Virus record (IMG/VR): IMGVR_UViG_3300042516_002128
Location: 1-57,741 of that record
Length of the DNA: 57,741 bases
Reading direction: 5' to 3' (one strand)
Origin: a virus
Lineage: Duplodnaviria > Caudoviricetes
Made by a program: the position numbers and the translations under genes. Positions 10,265 through 19,899 of this stretch are shown piece by piece. The notes under the pieces are model-generated. The model was given only the letters and a program-made list of their open reading frames with translations. It did no database searches and was not told where the DNA came from. The number at the start of each line of letters is the position of its first letter. Positions within the stretch are counted from its first letter, which is position 1.

Positions 10265-10948
10265 ATGAAAGTATTAGGACCTAACGAGACCGGAAAAGGT
10301 ATTTTAATAGAATACGATGCCGGTTACATATCCCCAAAAGATAATCAAAAGATTATATCCGAGATGAAAGATTTAGATTTCTCTCAGGATTTAATTCTTT
10401 TTGCTGTTTTGCAAAAATATAATACCCCAAATAAAAACGGTAGAATTTATCCGGAAGCTATCTTAAAAAGAGAGAATGAAAAATATCAAACTCTTATTAA
10501 GAAAGGTAGTGCTCTTAATGAATTAAATCACCCCACATCATCACTTATAGATTTAGATAGAGTCTCACATTCAATCCTTGAAACATGGTGGGATGGTGAA
10601 ATGTTGATGGGTAAGATAAAACTATTTACATCTCCAGGTTGGAAAAAAATGGGTATTGTCAGTACCAAAGGTGACCAAGCGGCAATGTTATTGATGAATG
10701 GTGCTACTCTTGGTATATCATCAAGAGGTGTTGGTTCATTAAAAAATGTCAAAGGACAAAATATCGTACAAGAAGATTACGAGATTGTATGTTTTGATTT
10801 GGTTTCATCTCCATCAACCCCCGGAGCCTACATATTTAGTGACTTGAAGGATAGAGAACAATATCAAGAATCTATTCAAGACCAACCTAAAGATATGGAT
10901 AAAATGAAGAATCTAATGACAAAATTAGACTCATTCCTTAGTAAATAA
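10265..10948 (+). CDS. Prohead protease (T4 gp21-like)
   Basis: NKNGRIYP, ELNHP (catalytic His), GISSRGVGS (catalytic Ser), FDLVSSPSTPGAY. Confidence 0.93.
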   Translation: MKVLGPNETGKGILIEYDAGYISPKDNQKIISEMKDLDFSQDLILFAVLQKYNTPNKNGRIYPEAILKRENEKYQTLIKKGSALNELNHPTSSLIDLDRVSHSILETWWDGEMLMGKIKLFTSPGWKKMGIVSTKGDQAAMLLMNGATLGISSRGVGSLKNVKGQNIVQEDYEIVCFDLVSSPSTPGAYIFSDLKDREQYQESIQDQPKDMDKMKNLMTKLDSFLSK

Positions 10949-11028
10949 TCATTTTTTTTCAGATTATAACACTATAAAGTGTATTTTTTTCTATTTACCT
11001 AATATTTATAATAAAATAAATTTTCAAA

Positions 11029-12225
11029 ATGAACGAAAAATCAATTTTAGAACAAGCGTTACTTCAAGTGCAAACTCTTGAAGAGGCAGTAAAAGCGAAT
11101 GCAAAAGGTATACTTGCTTCAACCATGAAACAAGAACTAAACGATTTGCTAAAAGAATCAATTGAAGAAGAGGAGAAGGTTGATGAACAACCCGATTCTG
11201 ATGAAGAGACAACAGACGATTTACCAGTTGCTACTGGAGATGAAGACGGTCTTGATAACGATGAGTCAGATGATTCTGACGATGATACATCGAATGACGA
11301 ACCAGCTAAAGACATCGATTCTTTGGATTCTGACGAAACCGATTTTGACACCATGAATAACATGGGAGATTTTGGTGATGATTTTTCAGATGACAATAAT
11401 GAAGATGATGACGTTGTTGATATGTCAAACGCAGGTGATGACGAAGTTTTAAAAGTATTTAAAGCTATGAAACCTGAAGATGGTATCATTGTTAAGAAAG
11501 ACGGTGACGACATCGAATTTTCAGATGGTGATGACGAATACATCATTAAGTTAGATGATGAAATGGGCGATGAAATGATTGACGAAATGGGTTACGAAAT
11601 GGGTGATGAAACAATTGACGAAATGGGTAACGAAATGAGTGACGAAGAAATTTCAGAAGAATTTTCAGATGATGATAACGAAGAAGTCGTTTACGAAATC
11701 GAACTTGATGAGGATGACTCAAATGATGAAGAAGCTAAAGAGGAAGAAATGGGAGAATCGGCACGTACAATAGGTAACGGTTACCATGCTGGAATCAAAA
11801 GCAAAACCAAATACATGGCGGGAAATAAACGTGATGAAATTAACGAAGAAGTTAGTAAACTTAGAAAACAAAACGGAGAATACAAGAAAGCTCTTGTTCT
11901 ATTCAAAGATAAGTTAAACGAAGTTGCTGTATTCAACGCTAATTTAGCATACGCTACTCGTTTGTTTACGGAATCATCAACAACCAGACAAGAAAAGTTA
12001 AATATCCTAAAAAGATTCGATTCAATATCAACCTTGAAAGAATCTAAAAATTTGTATAGTACAATTAAATCCGAATTAGAAACTAAAAAACCAATTTCTG
12101 AATCGGTGGTTGATAAAATCACTTCGGCACCAAGTACAAGTTCTACTCAGGTTCTTTCAGAGTCAAAAGCTTACGAAAATCCTCAGTTCAAAAGAATGAA
12201 AGATTTGATGTCAAAAATAAAATAA
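11029..12225 (+). CDS. Prohead scaffolding/core protein (gp22-like position)
   Basis: Very acidic, coiled-coil C-terminal half, lies between protease and major capsid gene. Confidence 0.8.
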   Translation: MNEKSILEQALLQVQTLEEAVKANAKGILASTMKQELNDLLKESIEEEEKVDEQPDSDEETTDDLPVATGDEDGLDNDESDDSDDDTSNDEPAKDIDSLDSDETDFDTMNNMGDFGDDFSDDNNEDDDVVDMSNAGDDEVLKVFKAMKPEDGIIVKKDGDDIEFSDGDDEYIIKLDDEMGDEMIDEMGYEMGDETIDEMGNEMSDEEISEEFSDDDNEEVVYEIELDEDDSNDEEAKEEEMGESARTIGNGYHAGIKSKTKYMAGNKRDEINEEVSKLRKQNGEYKKALVLFKDKLNEVAVFNANLAYATRLFTESSTTRQEKLNILKRFDSISTLKESKNLYSTIKSELETKKPISESVVDKITSAPSTSSTQVLSESKAYENPQFKRMKDLMSKIK

Positions 12226-12256
12226 TAAACAAAAATTAAAAAAAACAATAAAAAAA

Positions 12257-13996
12257 ATGGGAGCATTATTAGAATCAGGTATGGTTGGTAACATTGGGTT
12301 AAAACACCTTAGAGTTATCAAAGAAGATACCATTAGAAAATGGGATGACCTAGGATTCCTAGAGGGTCTTGGAGGACATCAAAAAGATAATATCGCGCAG
12401 TTATACGAAAACCAAGCGTCATATTTGATAAACGAAGCGGCTGTAGCAGATGCATCAGGTTCATTTGAAACTGTTGTATTCCCTATCATCAGACGTGTAT
12501 TCTCTAAATTATTAGCGAATGACATCGTATCAGTACAAGCAATGAACTTACCTATCGGTAAATTGTTCTTCTTCGTACCTAAAATCCAAGAAAGAAAAGC
12601 CGATAATTCACACTTCTCTCCTTACGGATACCCAAGTACACAAGCTGACCCAAATAGTGGTTACACAGGTAATAACTTGTACGACCGTTTCTACGAAGAA
12701 AGCGATGCTAACGACCAAGGATTGTTCGATTACTCAAAAGGTAAATTCACATCTACATCATTAACACCAGCGGCAATATTCACAGCATTTAGTGCAGGTG
12801 TTGCTGGAGCTGACGCTACAATTGCAACAGGTACATCATTAGCAAGTGTTATCGTAAAACTTTCAGGTTTTACTTCAGCTGGTGCTGGTAAATTAAAAGG
12901 TATCAATGGTAACGAAATGGATACTGAAGAATTTTTAGCTTCATTAAACATTGCATCTAACCAACTTAGTGGTCATACTTCAAGTTTCGCAACATTACCT
13001 TTTCATGTGGTAACACAGAAATACGGTAAAGGACTTGTTGAGTATGGTGTTAAAGCTGGTTCAGCAACTGCACAATACTACGATGTATGTGACCAAGATG
13101 GTTTCATCTATGTTGAGGTTGACTTACAAGCTTACAGTCCAACTTCAGGTTTCACAAATTACACAGTAGCTGGTTCTACACTTATTAAGACTGATTTCAC
13201 TGCATCATATCGTTTATATGATACGTTAGAGTTTGAAGAAGAAATCGGTGAAGTATCTTTCGATTTACAATCAGTAACAGTTTCTGTAACTGAAAGAAAA
13301 TTAAGAGCTAGCTGGTCTCCTGAATTGGCTCAAGACGTTTCTGCATTCCACAACATCGATGCTGAAGCTGAATTAACAGCTTTATTATCTGAGCAAGTTG
13401 CAGCAGAAATTGACCGTGAAATTTTACGTGACTTACGTAAAGGTGCGGCTTGGAAAACTAAATGGGATTACAACGAATGGAAATACGGTGGAACAGGTGG
13501 AGCTACATTACAAGGTTACACTCAAAAAGACTGGAACCAAACATTGGTAACTAAAGTTAACCAATTGTCAGCACAAATCCATAAAACTACTTTAAGAGGT
13601 GGAGCTAACTGGATTGTTGTTTCTTCTGAAGTTTCTGCAGTATTTGATGACTTGGAGTACTTCCACGTATCATCTGCTAATCCTGAAGCTGATTCATACA
13701 ACATGGGTATCGAGAAAATCGGTTCATTAGCTGGACGTTATCAAGTTTACCGTGACCCTTATTTACCAGCAGGTAAAATCATCATCGGTCACAAAGGTAA
13801 ATCATTGTTAGACGCTGGTTATATCTACGCACCATACGTTCCGTTACAATTGACACCTACAATGTATAATCCATTCAACTTTACCCCAATTAAGGGTATT
13901 ATGACAAGATACGCTAAGAAAATGGTTAACAACCGTTACTTCGGTGTAATTGACGTAAGTGGTTTGGCTACATTTGGTATCGAAACTTTAAGATAA
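12257..13996 (+). CDS. Major capsid protein (T4 gp23-like)
   Basis: IVSVQAMNLPIG, RKLRASWSPELAQD, DAEAELTALLSEQVAAEIDREI, YAPYVPL, GIMTRYA. Confidence 0.96.
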   Translation: MGALLESGMVGNIGLKHLRVIKEDTIRKWDDLGFLEGLGGHQKDNIAQLYENQASYLINEAAVADASGSFETVVFPIIRRVFSKLLANDIVSVQAMNLPIGKLFFFVPKIQERKADNSHFSPYGYPSTQADPNSGYTGNNLYDRFYEESDANDQGLFDYSKGKFTSTSLTPAAIFTAFSAGVAGADATIATGTSLASVIVKLSGFTSAGAGKLKGINGNEMDTEEFLASLNIASNQLSGHTSSFATLPFHVVTQKYGKGLVEYGVKAGSATAQYYDVCDQDGFIYVEVDLQAYSPTSGFTNYTVAGSTLIKTDFTASYRLYDTLEFEEEIGEVSFDLQSVTVSVTERKLRASWSPELAQDVSAFHNIDAEAELTALLSEQVAAEIDREILRDLRKGAAWKTKWDYNEWKYGGTGGATLQGYTQKDWNQTLVTKVNQLSAQIHKTTLRGGANWIVVSSEVSAVFDDLEYFHVSSANPEADSYNMGIEKIGSLAGRYQVYRDPYLPAGKIIIGHKGKSLLDAGYIYAPYVPLQLTPTMYNPFNFTPIKGIMTRYAKKMVNNRYFGVIDVSGLATFGIETLR

Positions 13997-14018
13997 TCTT
14001 AATCTTAAAATATCTAAT

Positions 14019-14046
14019 AAAAGGGGGGACATTGTCCCCCTTTTTT
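14019..14046 (+). terminator. Intrinsic terminator after the capsid gene
   Basis: GGGGGAC-ATT-GTCCCCC followed by T6. Confidence 0.88.
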
Positions 14047-14073
14047 GTTTTTAAAGGATTTTACATATATTTG
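14044..14073 (+). promoter_or_regulatory. Bacteroidota-type sigma-A promoter candidate
   Basis: TTTG (14044-47)-N18-TATATTTG (14066-73), close to the TTTG...TAnnTTTG consensus. Confidence 0.5.
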
Positions 14074-14077
14074 TGCC

Positions 14078-14431
14078 ATGGCAAAAACAACTAAAAAGGA
14101 TATTGACATTATAAATAAATCATCAGAACCTATCGATTATGATAAATTAAGATTAGATGTATTAAAAGGTTTAATAGATGGTAGAGACATCGAATGTAAA
14201 CAAACAAAAGAAGAAATTGTCAAACATCTTCGTATGGATGACGAGGGTAAATACATACGACCCATTACTTATGAAAAACAACCGGAAAATAAATTTATGG
14301 TTGGTATTGATATTAGAGACCACGTACACTTAGTGGAGATGGGAAAATTAGTAGAAAAAGGTCAATCACAAAGAATGGGACTTTACTGTAATAATAGAAT
14401 TCATTATATTTCAAATCAAAAACTAATATGA
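14078..14431 (+). CDS. Hypothetical protein, possible SAP/HeH-like helix pair
   Basis: ATG 14078; YDKLRLDVLKGLIDGRDI...KEEIVKHL pattern. Confidence 0.6.
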   Translation: MAKTTKKDIDIINKSSEPIDYDKLRLDVLKGLIDGRDIECKQTKEEIVKHLRMDDEGKYIRPITYEKQPENKFMVGIDIRDHVHLVEMGKLVEKGQSQRMGLYCNNRIHYISNQKLI

Positions 14432-14868
14432 AGTGGACAGAATATTTCCTTAACATCGCCGAACAAGTAAAATTAAAATCTAAAGATGAATCCACACAAA
14501 TTGGTGCGGTAATAGTTGGTAATGATAATGAAATATTATCTACCGGGTATAATTCGTTTCCAAGAGGACTAAACGATAAAAAACCTGAACGTCAGGAAAG
14601 ACCAGAAAAGTATTTTTGGTTTGAACATGCGGAACGTAACGCTATTTATAATGCCGCAAGGGTAGGTACTCCTTTGGTTAACTCAACAATATATTTAACA
14701 TCAGGACTTCCTTGTTGTGATTGTGCAAGAGGTATAATCAATGCGGGTATTAAAACTGTTTATTGTAAAAGAGAATGTACAACTAAAAATAAGGAATTGT
14801 GGGAAGAATCCCAAAAAAGAAGTTTAAGTATGTTGGGTGAGTGTGGTATTGATATAATTTACTACTAA
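14428..14868 (+). CDS. dCMP deaminase
   Basis: SKD..TQIGAVIV, STGYN, HAERNAI, PCCDC zinc motifs. Confidence 0.93.
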   Translation: MKWTEYFLNIAEQVKLKSKDESTQIGAVIVGNDNEILSTGYNSFPRGLNDKKPERQERPEKYFWFEHAERNAIYNAARVGTPLVNSTIYLTSGLPCCDCARGIINAGIKTVYCKRECTTKNKELWEESQKRSLSMLGECGIDIIYY

Positions 14869-16329
14869 TTACCAAGTTCTACAAGCCCAATAACGAGGTT
14901 TCCAACGTGGACCCGGACTATCACAATTCATACGAGCCCTAAATGATTTACGTCTTTTAGGGTTATTTTTTTTAATAACCATTCTTTTACCTTTAGCTGA
15001 TTTACCACCAAAACCAAAATTCACTTTAACTACTTTACCTTTATCGTTTTTAACGTACACTTTGAATTTCTTAATGTCTCCTTGCATGATTTTACCGAGT
15101 TGAACTTTACGTCCTTGGTATTCCGCCTCATTTAACATATCACCAACGGTATAGTTAGTATTTTCAATTGGTCCATATTCGTTTTCCATTATGAATGATA
15201 AATCGTCATCTGAAAGTTCTAAATCACCGTTCATATATAAATCACGAGACTCCTCAAGTAAGTTATTAAAACTTTCTGAACCTATTTTGTATACATTTTC
15301 AATTAATGGTTTTTTGGTTACGATATGGTATTTTAAACCTTCACTAATATCGATTTTAGACTCATTAAGAGACGTTAGTCTTGGGTACGATACTTCTACC
15401 GTCTCGTTCATATTAAGAGATATATTTTGTGGTTCTTTGTTCATATTGTCAACTTTATTATAATATTCATTGTATGCATTCATTATTTGATTATGTAAAT
15501 CGGATAAATCATGTCTTTTCATTAACATTTTGAACCATTTCATTGAATGCTCTTCGTTTAAATCGGTATAAACTAAACCAGATTCATTACTTTCATTTCC
15601 CTTTGCTCTATATAACCCAAATTTACCTGAATTAAGTTTATTTTGGTATTCGGGATTTTTAATTATGAGGTAAACTAAAACGCCAGATATGATGTGGTCA
15701 AAAAAGTCATCATCGTCATCTCTTTTTGTTGTACACCATTTTGTGTTTGACCCATACTTACAAGATGCATTGTGTGTTAATGGTGCAACTAATAAAAAAT
15801 CTTCAGTATTTAAAATTTTACTATACTCACTTGGTGATACTTTGAATGATTCATTTATAGATTCGTCATATCTTGTAAATGTTGGTTTATTACCTTTACC
15901 GGGTTTGGGGTCTTTCTTTTCCGCTCTTCTTTTTTGTGCGGTCATTGATTTTTTTTCTTTTTTACTGTACGAGGAAACGGTTTTAGGTGTTTCTTTAGAA
16001 ACTTTTTTTTGTGGTCTACATTTTGGATAACCTTTTCTACCTTTCTCACCGTCAGCGGATTTTCTACCACAAGGGGGGTGTTTACCATCAATTTTTTTTG
16101 ATACGTCAACCCATTTTTCTTTAAACCATCTAGCAAGGTCTTCAGTTATCACTTCACCACTTTCTATTGATTCCTTAACGTATAATAAATCTTCCTTACT
16201 AATGTGTATTTCATTTATATATTTGTCACTATTATCTTCTCCACATTTATGGCACACGTATGGGTCTTTACCTCCTTTAGATAAATTCCACTTATGTGGA
16301 CAATGTTGACATTTGATTACTTTTTCCAT
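14869..16329 (-). CDS. Multi-module basic/Cys-containing protein
   Basis: N-terminal CxxC...CxxC, LARWFKEKWVD..PCGR..YPKCRP module, ASCKYG..TKWCT module, C-terminal KVNFG..RKSFRARMNC..RYWAC module. Confidence 0.75.
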   Translation of the reverse strand: MEKVIKCQHCPHKWNLSKGGKDPYVCHKCGEDNSDKYINEIHISKEDLLYVKESIESGEVITEDLARWFKEKWVDVSKKIDGKHPPCGRKSADGEKGRKGYPKCRPQKKVSKETPKTVSSYSKKEKKSMTAQKRRAEKKDPKPGKGNKPTFTRYDESINESFKVSPSEYSKILNTEDFLLVAPLTHNASCKYGSNTKWCTTKRDDDDDFFDHIISGVLVYLIIKNPEYQNKLNSGKFGLYRAKGNESNESGLVYTDLNEEHSMKWFKMLMKRHDLSDLHNQIMNAYNEYYNKVDNMNKEPQNISLNMNETVEVSYPRLTSLNESKIDISEGLKYHIVTKKPLIENVYKIGSESFNNLLEESRDLYMNGDLELSDDDLSFIMENEYGPIENTNYTVGDMLNEAEYQGRKVQLGKIMQGDIKKFKVYVKNDKGKVVKVNFGFGGKSAKGKRMVIKKNNPKRRKSFRARMNCDSPGPRWKPRYWACRTW

Positions 16330-16760
16330 TATTTTTTACCCGAGCAATAAGAGCCCGAACATTTTTTCTTTCCGTCCAATCCTTTTATTTTTCCTTTACA
16401 TACTTGAACCGCATAACCATTTGCATAAGCCGAAGGGTAAACTTTAAATTTAGATTTCGCCGCGGAAATTCCACGAGAACAAAGTTTATTTGATTTTGAT
16501 TCATTAATTGATTCTTTGGTTGTATTCATTAAAAAATCAAACACTTGGTCCATATTTTCTTTGGCCACAGTAACATGGTCGTCAGCCCAATCATGACCAT
16601 CTTTTAAAATTGATTCCACGACCGATGGGTCTAGTTCTAACAATACTTCACATTGTCTATGTATTTGTTTTAAATTACTAAAAAACATATAGTTTTCGGT
16701 CATTTGTTCTTCTTTCAAAGAACTAAGGTGTTTTTTAATAACACTATCTAAATTTTTCAT
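16329..16760 (-). CDS. Hypothetical protein with C-terminal KFKVYPSAYANG-Cys module
   Basis: 143-aa ORF preceded by TATTTAT-N4-ATG. Confidence 0.75.
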   Translation of the reverse strand: MKNLDSVIKKHLSSLKEEQMTENYMFFSNLKQIHRQCEVLLELDPSVVESILKDGHDWADDHVTVAKENMDQVFDFLMNTTKESINESKSNKLCSRGISAAKSKFKVYPSAYANGYAVQVCKGKIKGLDGKKKCSGSYCSGKK

Positions 16761-16788
16761 AATTATAAATATCTTACCTTTTTAAATA

Positions 16789-16914
16789 CTAATTGAGTCT
16801 ATCCCAAGGAAAGGTATCATTTTCCTCTTCTTTTATTTCTTTTATTGCTCTATAGAAAATATAACCAACGAATAAGACCATTTCAATTCCTATCGTCCAT
16901 AATACATATTTCAT
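16789..16914 (-). CDS. Small single-pass membrane protein (41 aa; below ORF-track cutoff)
   Basis: MKYVLWTIGIEMVLFVGYIFYRAIKEIKEEENDTFPWDRLN*; A-rich upstream; fills the gap in the operon. Confidence 0.6.
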   Translation of the reverse strand: MKYVLWTIGIEMVLFVGYIFYRAIKEIKEEENDTFPWDRLN

Positions 16915-16922
16915 GTTTTTTT

Positions 16923-18215
16923 TTAAAACCAATTTTTTGGATTCCATTTGGATTTTTTAGCTTCTCGACCAATTCTATCAAGTTCATCTTGTGCTGCTCT
17001 TGCTTGTCTGTCGAGTTCATCTTGTGCCGCTCTCGCTTGCCTATTAAGTTCGTCTTGTGCTGCTCTTGCTTGTCTTTCTAATTCTTCTTGTGCAATTCTT
17101 GCTAATCTTTCAGTTTCCTCTTGTGCTAATTTTGTTTGTCTGTCAAGTTCTTCTTGTGCTAATTTTGCAAGTCTTTCAGATTCCTCTTGAGCCAATCTAG
17201 CTTGTCTTTCTAATTCTTCCTGAGCCACTCTTGTTTGTCTATCAAGTTCTTCTTGAGCCAATCTAGCAAGTCTTTCAGTTTCCTCTTGTGCTAATTTTGC
17301 AAGTCTTTCAGTTTCTTTTTGTGATTCCTCCGCCGCTTCTTTTGATAATCTTTCAGATTCTTCAAATGCCTCTTTTGCTAATCTTTCCGCTTCTCCGTTT
17401 GCAATTGATTCACCTAAATCAATAACTGGATTTAAGTTTACATCAACATCAACGTCAGCTTCAACACCAACTAATACCGCTAATTCTCCTGAAATACCGA
17501 CACTTACAGTACCATCATCATAAGTTGCATGTCCTTCACCTTCAACACCCACTTGTACACCCACACTTACACCAACTTCACCACTAACTTCATTTCCATT
17601 AACACCGGCACTTCCACCCGCTTCAACACCCGCACCAGCACCCGCCATAGCACCACCAGAAACAGATGCTCCATGTTCTCCAACAGATACTTCCGCTTCA
17701 ACACCTGCGTGAGCCTCAGCATACGCACCAGCATGACCTTCAGCATTACCTTCAATCGTTATTTCACCAATTGGTGTGTCGATACCAACTTCACCATTAA
17801 CTTCTCCACTCGCTTCAATTTCAACTCTTGCTTCAACACTTGCACCAACCTCAACTTTTGCATCAGAACCATCCCATCCGGCTTCTGTATGTGCTTCGGC
17901 GGTAACCTCAGCACTTGCATGTGCTTCCGTATGTACATCCACTTCAGCCCCAACACTAATACCCCCACCTAAATCTTGATTTGCATGAGCCTCAGCATTC
18001 GCTTCAACACTCACTTCAACACTTACACTTGCATCAATTGATGCGTGTACCATTGTTCCATCAATACCGGCTTCAGCATTAATTTCAGACTCAGAGTTAA
18101 TGTCATATGAAGCGTCGGCACTTGCACCTACTTCTTCATTACCTATTTGAGTTGATATCTCATCATTTAATTCAACCGAAATTTCGGCACCTGTTTTTAC
18201 TTCTTCGTTTTCCAT
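16923..18215 (-). CDS. Ala/Glu/Gly/Val beta-repeat protein with 11-residue coiled-coil tail
   Basis: Alternating ASVEAxVE strands followed by AQEELERQARL-type repeats. Confidence 0.8.
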   Translation of the reverse strand: MENEEVKTGAEISVELNDEISTQIGNEEVGASADASYDINSESEINAEAGIDGTMVHASIDASVSVEVSVEANAEAHANQDLGGGISVGAEVDVHTEAHASAEVTAEAHTEAGWDGSDAKVEVGASVEARVEIEASGEVNGEVGIDTPIGEITIEGNAEGHAGAYAEAHAGVEAEVSVGEHGASVSGGAMAGAGAGVEAGGSAGVNGNEVSGEVGVSVGVQVGVEGEGHATYDDGTVSVGISGELAVLVGVEADVDVDVNLNPVIDLGESIANGEAERLAKEAFEESERLSKEAAEESQKETERLAKLAQEETERLARLAQEELDRQTRVAQEELERQARLAQEESERLAKLAQEELDRQTKLAQEETERLARIAQEELERQARAAQDELNRQARAAQDELDRQARAAQDELDRIGREAKKSKWNPKNWF

Positions 18216-18223
18216 AGTTTATT

Positions 18224-18502
18224 TTATTTGGTTTTTAATTTATTTATTGCATCTTCAATGTATTTGTCTCTTTGGTCTTGAAGATATTTTATTCTTTCTA
18301 ATAGGATTGTTTTATCCTCCTTGGTTGTTGTTACAATATAAGATTCTTTTTCTTCATATAATTTTTGCCAGTATGCAACCCTTTCTTCCATCATTCTACC
18401 TTGATACCAAATAACACCAACCATAATTAAAATGGTAAAAGATTGCTCTTTTAATTTACTAAAAAAAACATCCATAAATCCATTTTGATTTTCGTTTGAC
18501 AT
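18224..18502 (-). CDS. Small membrane protein (one TM helix plus coiled coil; holin-like size)
   Basis: SFTILIMVGVIWYQ hydrophobic segment. Confidence 0.6.
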   Translation of the reverse strand: MSNENQNGFMDVFFSKLKEQSFTILIMVGVIWYQGRMMEERVAYWQKLYEEKESYIVTTTKEDKTILLERIKYLQDQRDKYIEDAINKLKTK

Positions 18503-18507
18503 ATTAT

Positions 18508-19875
18508 TTATTTTTCTGATAAAATTTCAAATTTTACATATTCGTCATAGAATATTTCTTCGGTGTATGTTTTAGCCTTAAATTCCATGAAATATTCTCT
18601 TGGGATTAAATAAGACGTATCTAAGAAGAATGAGTTTTCGTTTGTTACATCAGTTTTTGTCCAATCATAAACAATCACATTGGTTTTACCTTCTTTAACG
18701 AATATTCTATATGAAACCTCATCAAATAATTCAGTTCTTGGTTGTTCTATTGATTTTAGATTTAAAACTATTTTTTTAAGTTCACCTCTAATAATCTTTT
18801 CATTTTGTTTTATCCCTGAGAACTGCATTATATATTTTTGAGTTTTAGTGGGGTTTGACCCGATTGTATAGTTTGCAGTATATGGTTTGGGTACAAATTT
18901 TTGGATAACGTCTGAGATATCTATATTGTCAATTGTTAAACCCTTCCATTTATCATAAAAGAATCTTTTACCGTCACATAATACGCCAGTAATACCAAAA
19001 CTAACTTTATAAACTCCCTTTCTTATTTTTGTTGTTGTTAGTCCGGTTAATCCTGTTATTGGTGTTTGTAAAGAATCTAGAATATCTACAGTTGGTAAAT
19101 CGTCCAAGTCGTAATAATTTGTTCCTTTGGTAACATATAGGTAGAGATTATTTTGTCTTTCCCCTATAAAACTTTCTCTATTATCGTATATTCTATCATC
19201 AAATATTGTCTCAACAAACGGTTCAAAAAATGTCTGTGTGTACTTTGAGAAAAACGAAACCGCTTGGTCGTTATCTGGACTCATGGTTAAGTACGGGTAA
19301 TCGAAAGAAATACCTAAACCATAATCGGTGTTTCCTGATAAAACAATACCATTAACATAATTTGTAATGTCCAAATTAATGTTTTCATTACCGTTATCAA
19401 AAGGAATAGTACCAACAACTGTAGTACCCGAATAGATACCCTCTGTTGTCCACCCACTAATCGATGTTCTATTGAACCAATTTGACGCATCCGTATTGTA
19501 GGTTTTATTACCTGTAATGTCGTTATTACTATATTCATAATCAAATCCAACACCTTCATCCCAATATTCGGGAATTTCAAAAACTATTAAATCAAAAGAT
19601 GATGCACGATTTTTACCTGAACCGGTACTTTGTCCGATTAATTTACTGTCACCAATGACAGTATTACTCATTTTTAGGTAATGTTTTGTATCGGGACCAA
19701 CAACAAGGTCACCATTATCGATTTTATCTTGTAAGTTGGTAAAATCAACTTTGAAGATAAATTTAGAATACAAAGAACCGTAAAAAATCTCCGTAGTGGG
19801 GTTTTTAGCCGTATTTACATATGATTTTTTAAGTACTGTATTGTTTTTTTCAAAATATGAACGGAAGTATGACAT
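18508..19875 (-). CDS. Putative virion structural protein (beta-rich)
   Basis: 455 aa; WDEGVGFDY, ASNW motifs; preceded by late motif. Confidence 0.6.
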   Translation of the reverse strand: MSYFRSYFEKNNTVLKKSYVNTAKNPTTEIFYGSLYSKFIFKVDFTNLQDKIDNGDLVVGPDTKHYLKMSNTVIGDSKLIGQSTGSGKNRASSFDLIVFEIPEYWDEGVGFDYEYSNNDITGNKTYNTDASNWFNRTSISGWTTEGIYSGTTVVGTIPFDNGNENINLDITNYVNGIVLSGNTDYGLGISFDYPYLTMSPDNDQAVSFFSKYTQTFFEPFVETIFDDRIYDNRESFIGERQNNLYLYVTKGTNYYDLDDLPTVDILDSLQTPITGLTGLTTTKIRKGVYKVSFGITGVLCDGKRFFYDKWKGLTIDNIDISDVIQKFVPKPYTANYTIGSNPTKTQKYIMQFSGIKQNEKIIRGELKKIVLNLKSIEQPRTELFDEVSYRIFVKEGKTNVIVYDWTKTDVTNENSFFLDTSYLIPREYFMEFKAKTYTEEIFYDEYVKFEILSEK

Positions 19876-19899
19876 TCTTTTTTATTAATAAATATCGAA

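Noticed and set aside
11064-11546. Ser-rich antisense ORFs (also 2274-2690, 16948-17190, 17529-17979)
   Set aside because: Reverse-frame artefacts of D/E-rich or repetitive real genes.
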